Part shown: piece by piece, positions 56,640-64,000 of the stretch
Numbering within the stretch: position 1 is the stretch's first letter
Layout of the letters: each line of letters begins with the position of its first letter
Assembly (NCBI GenBank): GCA_964016885.1
Contig: OZ024742.1
Location: 314,650,001-314,714,000 of the forward strand
Source: Eledone cirrhosa
Lineage: Eukaryota
DNA: 64,000 nucleotides
Direction: 5' to 3'
Position numbers and translations under genes: made by a program
Notes under the pieces: model-generated
Told to the model about the DNA's origin: nothing
Seen by the model: the letters and a program-made list of their open reading frames with translations, nothing else
The model's database searches: none

Positions 56640-58558
56640 TTTTCTTTATTAAAAACAAGGGTTTACATGAAGTAGACATTAAGGACAGTACAGGACAATA
56701 CAGGACGGTACAAATGGGCATTTGTGCGTGTAAAAAAAACAGATGTAATAAAAGAACAATGAAAAATTCCCCAATAGGGGGGAGACTTACGAGGGCCATC
56801 GTGGAGAAAGCCCATTAAAAAAAGCCACAGGGACTCTGACCACCAAGGCAAGTGTCCTCTCCCAGTTTTCCACCTTCAATTTACAGGCATATACTCAGAG
56901 TAGGTCCATTAACTCGGGCCATTCTTGCCTCTCTCACCCATCTTTCAACAAAAAGCTGGGAAGAGAGCACCTCCCTCTCTACCCTGATTTTCATTTTCAA
57001 ATGAAATTGGAAAAAGTTAATCAGGGCATCACCGAAGATGTAAGTGCTCGTCTTCAGCAATTTCAAGCACGTCCACCGTACTATCTCTTTCACCATGGCC
57101 ACCAGACAGATAAAAACTGCCTGCCCTTCCCGGCTAAAGGAAGAGGGTGGGACAATCCTCACGATGGACTCAGCTGATAGTCGGATCCGTTCTACACGCG
57201 ACAGCAGGTGTTCGGCATAAACCCATAAGTCAGCAATGCTCGGACACTGGTGAGTGCATGCAGGACGGTTTCATCGCCCTGCGCGCATCTCGGAAATGCC
57301 CAGCTGAAAGCACCTCCATGCCTGTAGAGTTTATCCCGAACTGGCAAAGCTCCTCGGTAGCACTGCCAGGCCAGGGATTTCTGGAAGTTGTCCATAGGCC
57401 CCGGCTCGAAGGTTCTTCCGAAGAGATTGGCTAGTTGATTTTCATCGACGCCTAGAGTTTCTCCAAGTACGTCGTCGCTCTTCCCTTCCATTAATCCTCT
57501 ATAGAACACCAAGGTGGAGTTTCCACCGATCACATTGCTCGATTGGTCGAGGGCTGTGAGCGCCTGCAGATATTCCAGTCTCCAAGCGCTCCCTCTCAGT
57601 CTTCGCTTGACCCAGGACTGCAGCTCCGTCAAGGAGACGAGTTGGGGAAAGACGCGTCTAGCAAACGGCGACCACACCTGATCACCGTCGAGGAAGAGGT
57701 GGAGATGTCGCAGCCTGAGCGCGTGTCTGCGCATCATCAGCCACGGCATGCCCAGCCCTCCACGTAGCGAGTGTGACAGCAGATGGACCGCCTGACCATC
57801 GGAGCTCGACCCTTCAACAAAAAGCGAAAGAGCAAACGCTCCAACGCAGTCAGGCGAGGATTAGGACAAGGCACGATGGTCAGGCGGTAGGAGATGACGG
57901 AAGCGATGTACGCGTTAGCAACCTGCACTCGAATTTCTGGGATAGCTTCCTCTCCCCCCATTTCTGGTTGTGAGAAGCCACCCTGCTCGTCACCTCGTCC
58001 CAGTTTTTGTCCGTCTGGAGGTCCGGTCCGAACCAGACCCCTAGCAATTTAACTGGTCCGTCCGTCCAGCGCCCGACGACGCCGTTGAACGGCATGGACC
58101 TGCCTCTCCAGGTGCCGAGCTGCAGGCCCACCGACTTTTCGTGGTTGATCATTGCTCCTGTCACCGCTTCGTATTCTCTTAATGTAGTGCCGATCGCCTC
58201 GATGTGGTTGGCGTTTCCCACCACTACGGTGACATCGTCCGCATATGCTGACACGGATCTTCCGCATCCTAGTTCGCGCGGGTCCCCCCTCAACGTCTCA
58301 AGTGTGTGCAGTAATGGCTGGAGAGTCAATACGTACAAGAGGGACGAGAGGGGACATCCTTGGCGGACTGAGCGCATGATGTTGAACGGTTCCGGAAGGT
58401 GACCGTTAACTCTCACCACAGAGCAGATGTCGCTGTGCATAGCAGCGATCCAGCCTCTGAAGACGGGCCCTAAGCCAGCCGCCCTCAGGACTGCCGCCAG
58501 ATAACGATGGTCAACCCTATCGAAACCTTTCGACTGATCTAGATTGTTCAAGGACCCA

Positions 58559-58559
<1 letters not shown>
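56640..58559 (-). mobile_element. 5'-truncated Tx1/L1-clade LINE (RT C-terminal part, zf-RVT-like region, 3'UTR) inserted in (TAA)n
   Basis: LDQSKGFDRVDH, SVRQGCPLS, SAYADDVTV, INHEKS, KLLGVWF, LAWQCYRGALPVRDKL and PRCAQGDETVLHAL. Several frameshifts. aataaagaaa 3' end. (TAA)n at 56562-56638 and 58560-58621. Confidence 0.93.
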
Positions 58560-58621
<62 letters not shown>

Positions 58622-58977
58622 TCTCACTGCCTCATTATCACTACAGCCGCTATTCTCTCCCACTACATCCTGCTACATCGTAGTGTCCCCACTAAAAGAG
58701 GAAGGCATCAAAATATATAAATAGACTGATTTGATGACCCGGTCAAAATCAAAAAACCAAAAATCAAAATCAAAGCAGCACAGCAACAACGAAAAACGTA
58801 AAGAAAAGAAAAATGAAAATAAAAACAAACAGACGGACAGAGAAGGGAAGGGAAAAACTAAGTCAGACATTCAAACATTATAATTACAATGAAACTTATG
58901 TTTATTCTTTTTATTTTTTTTTGCCTGTTTGTTTGTTTGTTTATTTATGTTCGTCTACAGCGTGATAGTGTCACACA

Positions 58978-59032
58978 AAAATCACCGGGAGTGACGAAAT
59001 AACCGGAGGTGATGAAATCACCGGTGGTTATG
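58978..59032. repeat. 3 x 18-bp tandem repeat
   Basis: aaatcaccgggagtgacg / aaataaccggaggtgatg / aaatcaccggtggttatg. Confidence 0.8.
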
Positions 59033-59039
59033 TAACCAT

Positions 59040-62000
59040 ACATTCACCAATCCTCGATAAGAGTGTTTAAATGTCGAACCTAAACAGTTCGAATAACGGT
59101 GAAGTGGAGACTAGAATGTCATGTGACAGACTCTCACCCAGCAGGTGCTCCCTGGCTCAGCAGCAGGGACCTGGCTGTCAACCAAATACTGCTGGTGCCG
59201 GAGGAAGAAGAAGAAGGAAAGGGACGAAAGAATTGAATAGAACTGTTATGCAAGGAGAAAGGCTATAGGAAACGGATGCATAACATCTGGAACGAGATTG
59301 GTCTATTTAAATTAGATGAACCAAAATTGGCCGGGCAGGCTCGGGTAATAAGAACTAATGGGTGGATAAGCGAGTTGGAACTGGAGGAACTGAGCAGAGA
59401 GATTAGCTTGGAGATGGAGAGTGGAGTAGGCCAGGCAAACGAGCCAGTGGGAAATGAAGGTTGAGAGAATGGAGGAACCATCCGAAGCAGACAATGATCT
59501 GAATGCTGAAATAAATAATACCTGGAACAGAGATACGCCAATTGAGGAAATGAATGCTGACGGGCTAGGACAAGATTTGGCTGATATCCTAAACTTAGTG
59601 GTAGATGAATTGAGCAATGATAGTGGGAAACCTATGAACCTAAGATTTGTAGACAGGAAAAAGTTAAAAGAAACAACAAGTAGGGTAAACAAAGTCATCC
59701 CATACCTTGAGGCGAGGAGCCTTCAGCAGTGCAACAATATCCTCAAAGCAACAGCAAATACGGTGAGGAAATTACTTGGTATAAAAGCGAGAGGAAACAA
59801 CAAACAAGAAAGATCAGAGCCTTGGTGGAAGAAACGACTGAGTGGTCAAATCAGGGAAATGAGAAATGACATTGGAAAGCTTGAGTCCCTACTGAATGGG
59901 ACACTAAAAAACATAGACACTAAAAATAGACTGGAAATAAAGTACAAAACTAGGAGGAAAAAGCTAAATATTATCATAGAGGAACTGCAGCAACGCATTG
60001 TAGCAAAGAGTGCAAAAATTAGGTGATACGAGAGCAGAGTCAGTCAGTATAGACAGAACCGCATGTTTGACAACAACCAGAAGATGCTCTTTGGACAGCT
60101 TGAAGGGAAAGAAAGAGGCAACGACTTGATCCCTGAGGCGGAACAAACTAAAACATTCTGGAGAGCAATATGGGAGCAGGATGTTAAACATAATGACCAG
60201 GCAGTGTGGATTGAGACAGTACAGAAGGAGTTTAGCGAATAGGCACACCAACAAACTGATTTGAGTATCACAGTTGAAACTCTTACAGGGCAAAAAAACT
60301 AACCAACTGGAAATCACCAGGCCCAGATGGTGTGCAGGGGTATTGGATTAAAAATATAACATCCCTCCACCCGAAACTGACAACCATGTTCAATGACTGC
60401 TTGATGTCAGGTGAGGTGTCAGAGTGGTTGACAAAAGGTACCACAGTTCTGATAATGAAAGACCGAATCAAGGGTAATGATGTTACCAACTATAGACCTA
60501 TCACATGTCTTTCCGTAATGTGGAAACTGTTGACAAGCATTATGTCTGAGGAAAGCTACCATCACCTCCACACAAACAACTTGTTACCGAACGAACAGAA
60601 AGGATGCCGAAAGAAGTCCCGTGGTACAATGGACCAGTTACTTATTGATAAGATGGTAATGAGGAATTGCAAGAGGAGACACACTGGTCTTGCCATGGGA
60701 TGGATAGACTACAAAAAGGCATTTGACATGGTGCCTCATTCTTGGATCACCAAATCCTGGAGAGCTTCAAGGTGGCAGATAACATCAGACAGTTGTTGGG
60801 CAAAAGTATGAAGTCCTGGGAAACAGAGTTAACATCAGCTGGAGAATCCTTGGGAGGCGTGAAGATCAAGAGAGGTATCTTCCAGGGAGATAGTCTGTCC
60901 CCTCTGCTGTTTGTCCTTGCCCTGATGCCCCTGACCATTATACTGCGAAACGGGAGAGTAGGATACAAGTTGGGAAAGGGAGAGCTTACGATCAATCACC
61001 TCCTCTTCATGGACAATCTTAAGCTCTTCGGGAAGAGTGAGAAGGAGTTGGATGTGCTTGTTGACACTGTCCGTATTTTCAGCAATGATATATGTATGCA
61101 ATTTGGTATTAGTAAGTGTGGAGTCCTTGTGATGAAGAGGGTTAAACTGAGCAGAAGTAACGGAATCCATGTACCAACAGGTGAGATGATAAAGGAAATT
61201 GACACTCAAGAAGGATACAAGTATGTGGGTGTTCTGGAGGCTGATGACATCAAGAACAAAGAAATGAAGGAATTGATAAGAACTGAATACATTCGGAGAG
61301 TAAGGAACATATTAAAGTCACATCTGAACAGTAGGAATGCCATAAGTGCAGTAAATTCCCGAGATGTATCTATTATTAGGTACAGTGCGGGAATTCTGAG
61401 ATGGAATGTTGCTGAACAAAAAGAAATGGATAGGAAGACTAAGAAGCTATTGACTATCCACGACATGTTCCACAAGAGGAGTGATGTCGATAGACTCTAC
61501 TTAAGGAGATCTGAAGGTGGAAGAGGTCTTATCAGCATAGAAGACTGTGTTCAGATGGAGAAAAACAACCTACACAAATACGGGACTGATAGTAAGGAGC
61601 CAATGCTCAGAACTGTACTGAACGAGAGGACAATAGACCAGGGGATGCCCAAGGAGGAAATAACAACAAGGAGAAAGAGCAGCCTTCATGAAAAATCCCT
61701 TCATAGTACCTTCTTTGAGAAAACTGAATTCAGAGATCCACAGAGATGGAACAGGTTGAAAAGAGGAGACCTTAAAAAGGCTACAGAAGGAATGTTAATG
61801 GCTGCGCAAGAGCAGGCCCTCAAAACGAAGTGGTTGAAACACCATATTTACAAGGAGGAGGCTAGCCCACTGTGCAGGATCTATGGAGAGAGAGAAAGAG
61901 AGGAGACTGTGGCTCACATTGTATCCGAGTGTAAACACCTAGCCCAGACTCACTATAAAGGCTGGAGACATGATGTGATGGGCAGGGTGATCCACTGGCA

Positions 62001-62372
62001 CCTATGCAAAGTAAACAATTTACCACATTCTGAGAAGTGGTATGAGCATAAGCCAGAGTCAGTGATAGAAAACGATCAGGTGAAGGGGCTGTAGGATTTT
62101 AGGATACAGACGGACAAGAAACTGGAACACAATAGACCTGACCTGGTGGTTGTGGACAAAGAATAATATCGTGCCTGATTGTGGATGTGGCCTGCCCATT
62201 CGACACGAGAGTGCAAGAGAAGGAGAGGGAGAAAATTAACCGATACCAGGACTTAAAGTGGGAGGTAAAAAGGATTTGGAACTGCCATGTAGTCAAACCG
62301 GTCCCGATTGTCATAGGCGCACTAGGTACTATCTCAAAAGGTTTCCAGGGATGGTTAAAGAAAACTGGCCCC
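59040..62372 (+). mobile_element. Near full-length R4/Dong-clade non-LTR retrotransposon (family A), inactivated, 3' end missing
   Basis: ATG at 59071. GYRKRMHNIW...WISELELEEL, EPWWKKRL, NWKSPGPDGVQGYWIK, NYRPITCL, WIDYKKAFDMVPH, IKRGIFQGDSLSPLLF, HLLFMDNLKLF (DD to DN), LYLRRSEGGRGL, CCHC remnant, RLE TDKKLEHNRPDL...EKINRYQDL. Stops at 60024, 60239 and 62092, plus frameshifts. Confidence 0.93.
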
Positions 62373-63428
62373 AAAAGATGCACAAAGATACAGTAATGGA
62401 CTACAAATTTCAGAAGTCCCATTTACTGCTGAAATGGAAAACACAGAAAAAGCAAAACAAGTAAATGTAACTACAAAGAAAGAACTGCTACAGAAACTGG
62501 CTAAGAAATGGCAAGAAAAGCCTCCGTATGGAAAATACCCAGAAAGAGCTAACAATCCTGATGTTGATAAAACTTTAACCCATCAGTGGTTGGCATCCTC
62601 TGGACTGAAATCGGAGACTGAAGGACTGATTATATCAGCACAAGATCAGTGTCTGCCAACAAAAAATTACCAAGCCAACATAATAAAAAATGGATGCAGC
62701 CCATTATGCCGTGTATGTAAAAAACAACCAGCCACCATTGATCATATAATTTCAATGTGCAGTCCTATAGCTCCAACCGAATACCTAAACAGGCATGACA
62801 GAGCTGCACAATACATACATTGGATAATGTGTAAGCATTTTGACCTGCCCGATCAAAAGAATTGGTGGGAGCATCAACCACCTCCCATACTTGAAAAAGA
62901 TCACATCTCAATCTTGTGGAACATTAGCATCCAAACAGACCGAAAAATAGATGCAAATAGACCTGATATAATATTGAAGGACTTTAAAAAGAGGGTATGC
63001 CTGCTAATTGATATGTCCGTTCCAATAGACAAGAATGTATCTATAAAAACATTTGAAAAATTGAGCAACTATAAGGACCTGGAGATAGAAATTGGAAAAA
63101 TGTGGAAATTGAGAACTAAAACAATACCAGTGGTTGTAGGCGCTCTAGGAATGATACCTAGGTGGTCTAGTGATTACTTATCGCAAATCCCAGGAAACCC
63201 GCGTATAGGAGAAATACAAAAGATAGTACTAATGGAAACTGCCCATATACTAAGGAAGATTCTGTCAATATAAGTACATCACAAGTCTAAACACCTAAAG
63301 ATGCATGTGTGTGTATGTATGTTCTTTCTTGAACATGGCGGACCTTGTTGTCTCTTGAGGTCACTGGTTGTGATCTGGTGATAACTCGTATGAACATAAA
63401 GCAAAATAAATGCAACTATAATAATAAT
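62373..63428 (+). mobile_element. 5'-truncated R4/Dong-clade element (family B) with 3'UTR and TAA tail
   Basis: Open frame 62374-63273, then a 3'UTR matching 5656-5819 (reverse complement), ending in ataataat. Confidence 0.92.
62374..63273 (+). CDS. R4-like C-terminal region: CCHC zinc knuckle + restriction-like endonuclease (uninterrupted, no true start)
   Basis: GLKSETEGLIISAQDQ, CRVCKKQPATIDHIISMC, YLNRHD, TDRKIDANRPDIILKD, LLIDMSVP, EKLSNYKDL and PVVVGALG. Confidence 0.9.
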   Translation, partial: KDAQRYSNGLQISEVPFTAEMENTEKAKQVNVTTKKELLQKLAKKWQEKPPYGKYPERANNPDVDKTLTHQWLASSGLKSETEGLIISAQDQCLPTKNYQANIIKNGCSPLCRVCKKQPATIDHIISMCSPIAPTEYLNRHDRAAQYIHWIMCKHFDLPDQKNWWEHQPPPILEKDHISILWNISIQTDRKIDANRPDIILKDFKKRVCLLIDMSVPIDKNVSIKTFEKLSNYKDLEIEIGKMWKLRTKTIPVVVGALGMIPRWSSDYLSQIPGNPRIGEIQKIVLMETAHILRKILSI

Positions 63429-63585
63429 TATTATTGTTTCTGCTTTTGGCACAAGACCAGTAATTACCTATGAAAACTATAGCAGTTAAACGATTTCGGT
63501 TGTTCTACATTCAGATGTAATATATTTGAAAGATGATCCCAATTTCGTTCGGTGTTTTGCAAAACAATATTTATTAATTAGTATA

Positions 63586-63621
63586 ATGATATATATTTTA
63601 AGAGGATATACGGATACTAAA

Positions 63622-63679
<58 letters not shown>

Positions 63680-63715
63680 TTTAGTATCCGTATATCCTCT
63701 TAAAATATATATCAT
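63586..63715. repeat. Perfect 130-bp palindrome centred on (AT)24
   Basis: atgatatatattttaagaggatatacggatactaaagtttt-(AT)24-aaaactttagtatccgtatatcctcttaaaatatatatcat. Confidence 0.95.
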
Positions 63716-63728
63716 GTACATATATATA

Positions 63729-63773
<45 letters not shown>

Positions 63774-64000
63774 TTATTTATATGTAATATATGTATGGGT
63801 GTGTGTGTGTCCGTGTGAGTATGTGTGTGTATGCTTAACTATATACTTATACATGTACAAATACATTTATACACACATATATACATATGTGTATATATAT
63901 ATGTATGTATGCATGGCAAATTCTTAAAAATGAGACATAGGCAAAACATGTCATTAGATGTTTCATCAAACTGGGAGCTAACTTACATGTGATACTACAC

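Noticed and set aside
57147-58402. Plus-strand ORFs in GC-rich region
   Set aside because: Antisense shadows of the Tx1 RT frame.
58978-59032. CRISPR-like or iteron-like repeat
   Set aside because: Only three adjacent 18-bp units with no spacers, in a eukaryotic context with no cas genes.

Overview
Very AT-rich eukaryotic DNA, full of (TA)n, (CA)n, (TAA)n and (GATA)n microsatellites and retroelements. The repeat types suggest an octopus/cephalopod genome (inference). Nearly all ORFs in the supplied track are microsatellite read-throughs. Supported content: (1) a 5'-truncated Naiad-type Penelope-like element (RT + GIY-YIG, 17274-21962) with ~825-bp inverted pseudo-LTRs, each carrying a minimal hammerhead ribozyme, inserted in (TA)n; (2) at least four short unrelated elements with the same 'inverted copy + forward copy + unpaired tail' layout, also in (TA)n; (3) a near full-length R4/Dong-clade RLE retrotransposon (~59040-62372) joined directly to the 3' part of a second R4 family (62373-63428), with tiny 3' ends of both families stacked in one TAA microsatellite at 5.6-6.3 kb; (4) several old R4, Tx1/L1 and CR1 relics, tRNA-derived SINEs and a MITE; (5) a probable terminal exon of an unidentified minus-strand host gene (14003-14232) and a few low-confidence upstream exons. 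I did not find a clearly new protein-coding system. The most interesting signals are the microsatellite-partitioned retroelements and the ribozyme-bearing fold-back elements.
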